A DNA stretch of 61,020 nucleotides from a bacterium (GTDB lineage Bacteria; Patescibacteriota; Patescibacteriia; 2-01-FULL-39-33), in the NCBI GenBank assembly GCA_029558735.1, contig JAKQDP010000054.1, positions 1 through 61,020 of the forward strand. The letters run 5' to 3'. Positions 10,957-19,045 of the stretch are shown piece by piece (the stretch's first letter is position 1; every line of letters starts with the position of its first letter). The position numbers and the translations under genes were made by a program. Under the pieces are notes generated by a model. That model ran no database searches, was not told the DNA's origin, and saw only the letters and a list, made by a program, of their open reading frames with translations.

Positions 10957-12234
10957 TTACTCATTACTGGTTACTATCTTCTTCCTGATTATACTTCTCT
11001 CGCCCACCAACCAGCCAGCCGGAACCTCCAACCTAAAAATTTCCGTTGTTCCGCCATGGGCCGCTTTAACAATTTTCAAATTCTCATCGCGCAGCTCCAA
11101 TATCTTCATTTTATAACAATTTTCCGGCGTTACCAACTCCAATTGGTCATCGGGCGTTAAAACGTTATGAACTTTAATATAAATAAACTGCTTTTTTGAA
11201 TTTTTCTCCTGCTTATTGACCCGAACCACTTCGCCGACAAACTGCCAATTACTGGCCACTTTGGCCGTATCAAACTCTTGACGGCCCGACTCTTCAGTGC
11301 CCAATAAAAATCCGGTTGTGTATCCGCGATTATCTATTTTCTCCAGCTCCGCCTTAGCTTGGCGAATAACCTTAGGATCATAACCGCTGTCAATCGCCCG
11401 ACGATAGGCTTTAACCGCGATTGCTAAATAATAAGCGCTCTTAGTCCGACCTTCAATCTTAAAGGAAGTCACGCCGGCGCGCTGTAAATCAGCCAAACAT
11501 TCAATCAAGCGCAAATCCTTGGAATTCATAATATAAGTACCGTGACTATCAGCCTCTATCGGCAACCGCTGAGCCGGCCTCAGGGGCTCTTCCAAATAAA
11601 CTCGGTACTGCCAACGGCAGGGCTGAGTGCAGGCTCCCAAATTGGCGCTGCGACTGTTAAACCAAGCTGACAAATAACACCGGCCGGAATAACTCAAACA
11701 CATCGCTCCGTGAACAAACACCTCCAATTCCATTTTAGGCGCTTGCCGCCGGATATGTTTGATATCGGCCAAGCTGATTTCTCGACCAAGAATAATCCGC
11801 GCCACCCCCTGTTGTTGCCAAAATTTTACCGCTTCATAATTCAAGGTATTGGCTTGAGTAGAAAGATAAATCTTAACTCGGGGCATAATTTTTTTTACCA
11901 AAGACAATACGCCCGGATCAGACACAATCACCGCGTCCGGAGCAATTTTTTTCAATCGTTTCAAATGAGCCGGCAATGCTTCTATCTGCCGATTATGAGC
12001 GAAGATATTAACGGTCACATAAACTTTTTTTTCTCGCTGCTGGGCGAATTTAATACCGGCGGCCAACGATGAGAAATCAAAACCAGTCTGAGCGCGCAAA
12101 GAAAAATCGGGCAAGCCGCAATAAACCGCGTCTGCGCCGTAGGCTAAAGCATATTTTAATTTTTCCAAATTGCCGGCCGGCGCTAACAATTCCGGCTTGA
12201 CCCGCCGACCGAATTTTTTACTCGCTCTTGACAT
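10957..12234 (-). CDS. peptidase U32 family protein
   Basis: 425 aa. Overall U32/collagenase-like pattern (ELLAPAGNLEKLKYALAYGADAVY, EVFVHGAMC.SYSGRC). Confidence 0.85.
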   Translation of the reverse strand: MSRASKKFGRRVKPELLAPAGNLEKLKYALAYGADAVYCGLPDFSLRAQTGFDFSSLAAGIKFAQQREKKVYVTVNIFAHNRQIEALPAHLKRLKKIAPDAVIVSDPGVLSLVKKIMPRVKIYLSTQANTLNYEAVKFWQQQGVARIILGREISLADIKHIRRQAPKMELEVFVHGAMCLSYSGRCYLSAWFNSRSANLGACTQPCRWQYRVYLEEPLRPAQRLPIEADSHGTYIMNSKDLRLIECLADLQRAGVTSFKIEGRTKSAYYLAIAVKAYRRAIDSGYDPKVIRQAKAELEKIDNRGYTTGFLLGTEESGRQEFDTAKVASNWQFVGEVVRVNKQEKNSKKQFIYIKVHNVLTPDDQLELVTPENCYKMKILELRDENLKIVKAAHGGTTEIFRLEVPAGWLVGERSIIRKKIVTSNE

Positions 12235-12256
12235 AAATTGATTGATATGACATAAT
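12228..12256 (+). promoter_or_regulatory. sigma70-like promoter for the small plus-strand ORF
   Basis: TTGACA (12228-12233), 17-nt spacer, CATAAT (12251-12256) preceded by TGa. The -35 overlaps the U32 start codon on the other strand. Confidence 0.45.
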
Positions 12257-12293
12257 CATTGTTACCACACCCAAATAAGGAGGGAAGCAAAGG

Positions 12294-12446
12294 ATGAAAA
12301 AAGGGGTTCTAATTGGGGAGAAACATCGGGAAAAAACCTTGCAAGAAATCTTGCAGAACAGCCCGATGATTCTGGCGGTTATTAAAGACCGCCAAAAACA
12401 GGCAGCAACGGAAGAAAAAAACCTTCCGACCAACGGCGGCGATTAG
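12294..12446 (+). CDS. untracked 50-aa hypothetical protein
   Basis: ATG 12294 preceded by AGGAGG (12278-12283). Translation: MKKGVLIGEKHREKTLQEILQNSPMILAVIKDRQKQAATEEKNLPTNGGD. TAG at 12444-12446, then a terminator. Below the 60-aa track cutoff. Confidence 0.45.
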   Translation: MKKGVLIGEKHREKTLQEILQNSPMILAVIKDRQKQAATEEKNLPTNGGD

Positions 12447-12465
12447 CCGCTTTATCTTGCCTTTC

Positions 12466-12500
12466 GCTCGAGTGCGGGTTCGCCGGCTCGAGCTTTTTTT
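12466..12500 (+). terminator. intrinsic terminator after the 50-aa ORF
   Basis: GCTCGAG (12466-12472) pairs with CTCGAGC (12487-12493), followed by TTTTTTT. Confidence 0.6.
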
Positions 12501-12542
12501 ATTCCTTAAATTTAACATTGATAGCCGATTTAGACAAGCCAC

Positions 12543-12576
12543 AAAAAATCCCGTTTTGAATATTCAAGACGGGATT
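12543..12576 (-). terminator. intrinsic terminator downstream of ileS
   Basis: Minus strand reads ATCCCGTCTTGAATATTCAAAACGGGAT followed by TTTTTT. Confidence 0.65.
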
Positions 12577-12591
12577 TTATCTAATATCGCC

Positions 12592-15471
12592 TTAAATTTT
12601 TTCCAGCTTCAATTTTATTGTTTCGCCATTAACTGCTTCGGCTTCGCCATCATTAATCTGATTGACAATCTCACCGGCAATGGTCAACCGCTTTAGCTCC
12701 TCAATCCTTTCTGGAGCAGCCAAAACCTGATTGACCAATGGTCCGCTGCTCTCCCAGCTTATTTTAATCCGGTCACTAATGGTCAGTCCGGCTCGTTTGC
12801 GTCGGGCATTTATTGTCCGGACCAATTCTCTCGTCAAGCCTTCAGCCGCCAATTCCGGCGTAATCGCCGTATCCAATTCCACCCCGAGCTCATCAGCTGA
12901 TAAAAATTCTACCTGTTTGACATTGAGCTCTTCGGCCACTAAAGCGAAAAATTCTTCCGTCAACTTATTGGCTTTTTGATCTTTGGTTATCAACTTATTT
13001 AAGGGCTGGCGGATTTTGATGTTGGCTTGGGCCCGAGCCGCCAATCCCAGCTCGGCGATTTTGCGCGCCTGCTCCATCTGCCAAAGCAATTTTTTATCAA
13101 GCGCCTTCTGCTCCGCCTCCGGCCACTGCTCCAGATGGACTGATTCTTTCTTCCCGCCGACCGCCTGATAAATCCGCTCAGCGATAAACGGGGTAAACGG
13201 CGCCATCACTTGGGACAACTGAATCAGGGTGTGCCGGAAAGTGGCTAACGCTTGTCGCTTGTCGGCTTCGTCTGGCGATTTGAACCGATCGCGCGACCGC
13301 CGTAGCCACCAGGTGGAAAATTCATCAATAAACTGGGCGATCGGCCGTACCGCTCTAACCAACTCATAGCTATCCATTGCTTCGGTCACTTCTTGAATTA
13401 ATCCATTTAATTTCGCCACCAACCAGCGGTCCAAAATATTTTCCGGCTTGACCGCTATTGGCTCGCCCGGTTGTTCATATAGCTTGTAAAACTGCAAAAT
13501 ATTACCGGCCAGCATCACCACTTTCTGGAACGCTTCTTTCACTCCGGCTTCGGAAAAATTGAGATTTTCCGCCGCCATTACCGGCGAAGACAATAAATAA
13601 TAACGCAAAGCATCAGCGCCGTATTTATCCATAATCAATTCCGGCTCCGGATAATTTTTGAGCCGCTTAGCCATTTTTTTGCCATCCTCGGCTAGCACAA
13701 TGCCATTGGCAATAACATTATCAAAGGCCCGGCTTTGGTTGAGCGCCACTGCCAAGACATGCAAGTAATAAAACCAGGCTCGCGTCTGATCGACGCCCTC
13801 GGCGATAAATTCCGCCGGAAAACTTTCCTCAAATTTTTTCTCATTTTCAAAGGGATAATGGAACTGAGCATAAGGCATTGAGCCGGATTCGAACCAGCAA
13901 TCCAACACATCGGGAATGCGCTTCATGGCCTCGCCGCAGCCGCAAGGCACTGCGATTTTATCAATAAAATGTTTGTGCAAATCTTCAATTTTATCACCGC
14001 TGGCCTGTTCCAATTCCGCCACCGAGCCAAACACTTTCTGCTCGCCGCAGGAACTGCACACCCAAATCGGCATCACCGAGCCCCAAAACCGTTGACGGGA
14101 AATCGACCAATCGCGCGCCCCTTCCAGCCAGTTGCCAAATCGCCCATCCTTGATATGGCCGGGCACCCAATTAATCGGCTTGGCTTCTTTGAGCATCTTA
14201 TCTTTCAGCTCGGTCACTTTGACAAACCAAGACGAAGTGGCGTAATTGAGTAGCGGACTGTCGCAACGCCAGCAATGCGGATAAGCATGGCTGAATTTTT
14301 CCGCTTTGAACACCAGTCCTCGCTTGTCCAAAAATTCTACGACTTTCCGGTCGGTGGCCGAAGAATCTTTTTTCGGCTTCACTTCTTCGCCGGCAAAATC
14401 AATCACCTCGGATTTAAACTTTCCATCCATTCCGACATGCTGGATAAACGGCAAAGCTTGGGCTAACCCGAGATTCATATCTTCTTCGCCAAACGCCGGC
14501 GCAATATGGACTATGCCAGTGCCGTCTTCCACGGTGACAAACTCGGCCGCTACAATCGTATAAAAATTTTCTTTATTTTTTAAATTCTGCTCGAGATAAT
14601 AATCAAACAACGGCCGATATTTTTTCCCCACCAAATCTTTGACCTTGACCGGCCCAATAATTTCATATTGTTTGCCGGCAAAAATCGCTTCAAGATTTTG
14701 TCTAGCCAAAATATATTTTTTTTCTTCTGCTTTCACTTCAACATAATCAATCTTCTCGCCAATCGCCAACGCCACATTGCCAACCAGCGTCCATGGCGTT
14801 GTTGTCCAAGCCAAAACAAATCGGCCCGGCTCATCAACCAGCTCAAAGCTGGCGATAACCGACAAATCTTCAATGTCTTTATAGCCTTCGGTCACTTCCG
14901 ATTGCGATAAGGTCGTCTCGCAACGCGGACAAATATGCATTGACTTATAGCCCTGATAAATCAAACCCTTGTCCCACAACTGCTTGAATACCCACCAAAC
15001 GGTTTCCATAAAATCCTTGTCCATGGTTTTGTAGTCGTTGTCCATATCCACAAAACGTCCCAATCGCTCCACTACTCGCCGCCATTCCCGGGCGTAAGTC
15101 AGCACCTTGCTTCGGCAAGTCTCATTAAATTCGTCCACGCCAATTTCTTCTTCAATTTGTTTCTTGTTTTTTATTTTCAATTCTTCTTCAACAATATTTT
15201 CAATCGGCAGTCCGTGGCAATCCCAGCCCCACCGTCGCTCCACAAATCGCCCCTTCATTGTCTGATATCTGGGCACCGCGTCCTTCATCAAGCTGGCGAC
15301 AATGTGGCCGTAATGAGGCGTGCCAGTGGCAAACGGCGGCCCGTCATAAAAACTATAGCGCTTGCCGTCCTTGGTCGCTGCCAGTGTTTTCTCAAAAATT
15401 TTATTGTCTTGCCAAAATTTTTGTACTTTTTTCTCCTCCTCCACTAAAGGATTTAATTTTTGTTCCACCAT
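12592..15471 (-). CDS. ileS: isoleucine--tRNA ligase (type 2, eukaryote-like form)
   Basis: 959 aa. HYGH motif (PPFATGTPHYGH), KMSKS-type KMAKRLKNYPEP, CP1 editing domain. The N-terminal pattern is typical of the IleRS2 class. Confidence 0.93.
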   Translation of the reverse strand: MVEQKLNPLVEEEKKVQKFWQDNKIFEKTLAATKDGKRYSFYDGPPFATGTPHYGHIVASLMKDAVPRYQTMKGRFVERRWGWDCHGLPIENIVEEELKIKNKKQIEEEIGVDEFNETCRSKVLTYAREWRRVVERLGRFVDMDNDYKTMDKDFMETVWWVFKQLWDKGLIYQGYKSMHICPRCETTLSQSEVTEGYKDIEDLSVIASFELVDEPGRFVLAWTTTPWTLVGNVALAIGEKIDYVEVKAEEKKYILARQNLEAIFAGKQYEIIGPVKVKDLVGKKYRPLFDYYLEQNLKNKENFYTIVAAEFVTVEDGTGIVHIAPAFGEEDMNLGLAQALPFIQHVGMDGKFKSEVIDFAGEEVKPKKDSSATDRKVVEFLDKRGLVFKAEKFSHAYPHCWRCDSPLLNYATSSWFVKVTELKDKMLKEAKPINWVPGHIKDGRFGNWLEGARDWSISRQRFWGSVMPIWVCSSCGEQKVFGSVAELEQASGDKIEDLHKHFIDKIAVPCGCGEAMKRIPDVLDCWFESGSMPYAQFHYPFENEKKFEESFPAEFIAEGVDQTRAWFYYLHVLAVALNQSRAFDNVIANGIVLAEDGKKMAKRLKNYPEPELIMDKYGADALRYYLLSSPVMAAENLNFSEAGVKEAFQKVVMLAGNILQFYKLYEQPGEPIAVKPENILDRWLVAKLNGLIQEVTEAMDSYELVRAVRPIAQFIDEFSTWWLRRSRDRFKSPDEADKRQALATFRHTLIQLSQVMAPFTPFIAERIYQAVGGKKESVHLEQWPEAEQKALDKKLLWQMEQARKIAELGLAARAQANIKIRQPLNKLITKDQKANKLTEEFFALVAEELNVKQVEFLSADELGVELDTAITPELAAEGLTRELVRTINARRKRAGLTISDRIKISWESSGPLVNQVLAAPERIEELKRLTIAGEIVNQINDGEAEAVNGETIKLKLEKI

Positions 15472-15702
15472 ATTGTTTTGCTTATTGTTTTGATTATAAA
15501 TATAAAATAAAAAACCGACATGCCACCAAGAGCCCTCGCGGGCGGTACCATCTCGGAATTATACTTATTCAACAGCTGTTACGGGCCAACCCGGCCGAGT
15601 CTACTTTTTATAAAAATAAATTTCTTTCGGCAGCTTTCCCGCTGATAACGGGATCAGGCGCTGTTATGATTGTTATTAATAACCACGCTACTGTAATTAT
15701 TA
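15472..15702 (-). promoter_or_regulatory. T-box leader (tRNA-sensing riboswitch) upstream of ileS
   Basis: Minus strand reads AAUUCCGAGAUGGUACCGCCCGCGAGGGCUCUUGGUGGCAUGUCGGUUUUUU. The UGGUACCGC core matches the T-box consensus GGUGGUACCGCG. It is embedded in the 5' arm of a terminator hairpin (plus-strand coordinates 15515-15556) followed by a U-run. Leader length of about 230 nt is typical. AUC followed by A at 15668-15670 is a possible Ile specifier. Confidence 0.55.
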
Positions 15703-15708
15703 TTAATT

Positions 15709-15737
15709 ACTATACAAAAAATTACTATTGGCGTCAA
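15709..15737 (-). promoter_or_regulatory. sigma70-like promoter of the ileS leader
   Basis: Minus strand: TTGACG (15732-15737), 17 nt, TATAGT (15709-15714). Confidence 0.45.
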
Positions 15738-15755
15738 ATTATCCTCAAATCAAAT

Positions 15756-15781
15756 AAAAAAAGATGTCCCCCACGGACACC
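15756..15781 (-). terminator. intrinsic terminator downstream of the ferredoxin gene
   Basis: Minus strand: GGUGUCC GUGGG GGACAUC followed by UUUUUUU. Confidence 0.6.
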
Positions 15782-15795
15782 TTTATCAAACCGCT

Positions 15796-15978
15796 CTATT
15801 CTTCCCAACTAATCGCCTGAACCGGACAAGCGCTGATCGCCTCGTCTATTTTTTCCTGCTGGGCCTGGTAATCGGCCGCCAACACTTGCGTTTTGCCACT
15901 ATCCACCTTAAAGACTTCCGGACAAATGGCTTCACAACTGCCGCAACTGATGCAGCTGTCGCTGACTACTGGCTTCAT
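15796..15978 (-). CDS. ferredoxin (small 4Fe-4S protein)
   Basis: 60 aa with CISCGSCEAICP plus a distal CP (ISACPVQAI). Confidence 0.85.
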   Translation of the reverse strand: MKPVVSDSCISCGSCEAICPEVFKVDSGKTQVLAADYQAQQEKIDEAISACPVQAISWEE

Positions 15979-15991
15979 AATTATATCTTTA

Positions 15992-16375
15992 TTATTTAGC
16001 GTTTAACAATTCTATCACCTTGGCCAATAATTTTGAAGGCGTATAATCGGATTTGACCAAATAACCATCGGCGCCCAGCCGCTTAGCCAGGGCGACTTCA
16101 TTTTTCTGAGTTAAATTGCTCCAGACATAAATCGACACCTGCTTATACTTGGGGTCCTGCTTAATTTCTTTCAGCGTCTGATAACCGTCCACTTCCGGCA
16201 TCAATAAATCCAACAACACCAAATCCGGATTAATCCGCCGAATTTTTTCAATCGCTTCGGCGCCGTCTCGAGCCACATCCACCTTAAGACCGGCATGATC
16301 CATCATCATGCTGTAAATCGAGGCCAATTCCGGCTCGTCCTCGACAATTAAGATTTTTTTGCCTTCAATGCCCAT
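15992..16375 (-). CDS. stand-alone response regulator receiver domain
   Basis: 127 aa. KILIVEDE, phospho-acceptor context LVLLDLLMPEVDG, conserved K (YLVKS). No output domain. Confidence 0.9.
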   Translation of the reverse strand: MGIEGKKILIVEDEPELASIYSMMMDHAGLKVDVARDGAEAIEKIRRINPDLVLLDLLMPEVDGYQTLKEIKQDPKYKQVSIYVWSNLTQKNEVALAKRLGADGYLVKSDYTPSKLLAKVIELLNAK

Positions 16376-16440
16376 GTCTTTATTATAGATATTTAACCAT
16401 GATTATTCAAGCTTATAACATATGCTATTAATTAAACAGC

Positions 16441-16660
16441 ATAAATTGTTATATTGTCCGCCTAGGGCGGTTTATTTCTAATTTTCAATTTAAAATTTAC
16501 AATGAATTTACAATGATTAAATTTTCAAATCCCCTTAATTCCAAGTTACGAATTACGAGTTACGAGTTCCGTTACTATTTCCCCTCTCCTTTAGAAGGAG
16601 GGGGCGGGGGGAGGTTATTTTTAAACCCCCTCCTAACCTCCCCCTTCGTAAGGGGGAGGA
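16441..16660. repeat. modular word-like intergenic repeat block with serial GC hairpins
   Basis: Shares the 21-nt TAAATTGTTATATTGTCCGCC and the GTTACGAGTT words with 10822-10950. Contains hairpins CCGCC-TAG-GGCGG, GGAGGGGG..CCCCCTCC and CCTCCCCC-TTCGTAA-GGGGGAGG. Confidence 0.7.
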
Positions 16661-16702
16661 ATTCATATATTAAAAAACAATTCCTCATTTCCATTTTCTA
16701 TT

Positions 16703-18409
16703 TTACATCTCCTCCATTGTCTCCAGACCCAAAATTTCCAAGCCGTTGGTAATCACTTGCTTGACCGCTTTAATTAAGGCCAGTCTGGCTTTTTGAGTGC
16801 CAAGCGGCGAATGCAAAATCGGCACGCTCTGATAAAAAGTGGAAAACAGCTTGGCCAACTCAAACAAATATCTGGCGATATTGCTCGGCTGATAGATCTC
16901 TGCCGATTCTTTTACTATTTCCGGATATTCGGCCAGCTTCAAAATCAACTCGCGCTCCACTTCCCCGGTCAACTTGGCCCAATCAGTTTCGCCACCCAAT
17001 CCCGGTTTGACTTTCTTTAAAACGCTGTTAATCCGGCTCACTGTATATTGGAGATAGGGTCCGGAAAAGCCGTCAAAGCTCAACGCTTCATCAACATCAA
17101 ACACAATCACGCTATCATTACCGACTTTGAGCATATTAAATTTAATGGCCGCCAAAGCGATTTTTCGGCCGGTCTCCTGAATTTTTTTATTATCCCAGTT
17201 CCGATGGCGTTTTTCAGTCTCGGCCGCCGCCCGCTCTAAAATCTGATGATAAAAATCTTCAAAAACAATGATATTACCCTTTCTGGAAGACATCGCCCCG
17301 TCTTTTAAAGTAACAAAATCATAAGGGATATGAACCATCGTCTTATCAAAACCCATCAGCTCCATCGTCTTGAAATACTGCTGAAAATAAAAGCTCTGCC
17401 TATTATCAACCACCACAAAACTTTTATCAATTTTATATTTTTTGAATTTCAATTCAGCTAGTGCCAGCTCTTTGGTGGAATATAGCGACGAACCGTCTGA
17501 TTTGAGTAATAAAAAATTTTTCAATTTATATTTTTCCAGATTGATAATCACCGCCCCGTCCGATTTCTCGGCTAGGCCTTTGTCCAACAACGCTTGGACG
17601 ATTTTTTTTCCCGGCTTCTCTACTTCGCTTTCATAAAAGATATGATCAAATTTGCAATCCAAAATTTTATGAATCTGGGCAAACTCATCCAGGCTCCATT
17701 GTCTGGTCTTTTTCCATAGCGCCAGCCATTTTTTATCGCCGTTCTCCAATTTCTGCTGGATTTCATCCACTTCTTTTTTAAAATCAGGGTTGGCCTCCAC
17801 CTTCTGCGACGCTTCCGTATATATTTTTCCCAAATATTTGCCTTTATTCTCCGGCAATTTATCATGCTGATGAAACTTTTCCAGCGCCCACAAGCATTTG
17901 GCGACATGCGCCCCAATATCTCCCATGTAGCTAACTGGCACCACTTTATGGCCAACTGTTCTAAACAGTCTTACCAGGGCGCTACCCAATAGCGCGTTTC
18001 GGGCATGACCGATATGAAATTCCTTATGTGTGTTGGGCTGGGAATATTCCAACATTATTTTTTCTTTGGTTGGTTTTCTGGACCCGTATTTTTCCTTGTC
18101 TTTAGCGATTTCCATAAGCACCTTTTTGCCAAACACCGCCGGATTGACAAAAAAATTCAAATACGGCCCGATATTCTGGACTGATTTGATATTGCCGGAC
18201 GGATGAATCTTGCTATGCAAATCATCAGCGATTTGATTGGGTGACCGTCGTAATAATTTAGCCAAATAAAAGCAAGCCACAGCAAAATCACCCATTTCCG
18301 CATCCGGCGGGACCTCAATCTCCAACTTTTTTCTGTCCACCTCCTGACCGACCGCGCCGATAACGATATTAATAATCTCCTCTTTAATCTTTTCAATGCT
18401 ATATTTCAT
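16703..18409 (-). CDS. argS: arginine--tRNA ligase
   Basis: 568 aa. HIGH motif (KEFHIGHARNA), ArgRS N-terminal and DALR anticodon-binding pattern. Confidence 0.95.
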   Translation of the reverse strand: MKYSIEKIKEEIINIVIGAVGQEVDRKKLEIEVPPDAEMGDFAVACFYLAKLLRRSPNQIADDLHSKIHPSGNIKSVQNIGPYLNFFVNPAVFGKKVLMEIAKDKEKYGSRKPTKEKIMLEYSQPNTHKEFHIGHARNALLGSALVRLFRTVGHKVVPVSYMGDIGAHVAKCLWALEKFHQHDKLPENKGKYLGKIYTEASQKVEANPDFKKEVDEIQQKLENGDKKWLALWKKTRQWSLDEFAQIHKILDCKFDHIFYESEVEKPGKKIVQALLDKGLAEKSDGAVIINLEKYKLKNFLLLKSDGSSLYSTKELALAELKFKKYKIDKSFVVVDNRQSFYFQQYFKTMELMGFDKTMVHIPYDFVTLKDGAMSSRKGNIIVFEDFYHQILERAAAETEKRHRNWDNKKIQETGRKIALAAIKFNMLKVGNDSVIVFDVDEALSFDGFSGPYLQYTVSRINSVLKKVKPGLGGETDWAKLTGEVERELILKLAEYPEIVKESAEIYQPSNIARYLFELAKLFSTFYQSVPILHSPLGTQKARLALIKAVKQVITNGLEILGLETMEEM

Positions 18410-18587
18410 ATACGATTATTTTAGCGGAAAAAGGCAAATTGGGCAATAAACAATCAAAAGGACGCTTACCAAAAAACAACCGAAAACAAAAAAGTCTCCA
18501 TCCAATGATAAATCAAGACGAAGACTCCAATCTGCCCTTGGCGGGCAATAATTCAAATTAAAAAATTGTTTCTATCCCTAATATATA

Positions 18588-18616
18588 ATTATATCATATT
18601 TTGTAGTTTTTGTCAA
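18588..18616 (-). promoter_or_regulatory. consensus sigma70 promoter for argS
   Basis: Minus strand: TTGACA (18611-18616), 17 nt, TATAAT (18588-18593) preceded by TGa. Confidence 0.5.
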
Positions 18617-18618
18617 TA

Positions 18619-18647
18619 TTGGCAAAAACACCTCATTATTATATAAT
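18619..18647 (+). promoter_or_regulatory. sigma70-like promoter of the thrS T-box leader
   Basis: TTGGCA (18619-18624), 17 nt, TATAAT (18642-18647). Lies back to back with the argS promoter. Confidence 0.5.
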
Positions 18648-18653
18648 AACACT

Positions 18654-18862
18654 AACGATTGAGGCGGCTACCAACCGCCTGTCCCCTCTAGTACATGAGC
18701 GGGGACGGCAACTCCGTAAAGATTGCCCCAAGTTGATCAAATTGAGCGTCCCGTCCCGAATATTTAGGGCCGGGAAACCCGGGTGGAACCGCGGGAGACA
18801 AAACTCTCGTCCCGAAGACATATTTTTTGATGAATGTGTCACTTCGGGAGGAGAGTTTTTTG
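18654..18862 (+). promoter_or_regulatory. T-box leader (tRNA-sensing riboswitch) upstream of thrS
   Basis: GGGTGGAACCGCG at 18781-18793 matches 12 of 13 positions of the T-box consensus GGGUGGUACCGCG. A terminator follows immediately: AAACTCTC-G-TCCCGAAG (18801-18817) pairs with CTTCGGGA-G-GAGAGTTT (18842-18858), then TTTTTT. Thr codons ACC followed by A (18670-18673) and ACU (18711-18713) lie in the upstream stem region. Confidence 0.75.
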
Positions 18863-18879
18863 ATAAATCATAAATAGAT

Positions 18880-19015
18880 AAATCTCAAATCCAAAATCAT
18901 AAAAAACAAATAAATTTTAAATCTCAAATTACAAAACAATCATAAAAAGTTATTTGATATTTATTATTTATAATTTATTTGGAGCTTGTAATTTTGAATT
19001 TGTAATTTCATATTT
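18880..19015. repeat. AT-rich palindromic IVS-like element (no cargo) between the T-box terminator and the thrS start
   Basis: Left arm is rich in AAATCTCAAAT/ATTACAAA words. The right arm ATTTATTTGGAGCTTGTAATTTTGAATTTGTAATTT is their approximate reverse complement. It shares 16-29-nt exact strings with 28829-28945 and with the flanks of the four-helix-bundle gene. Confidence 0.6.
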
Positions 19016-19045
19016 TAAAAACCAACATCAATTAATACAACCCAT

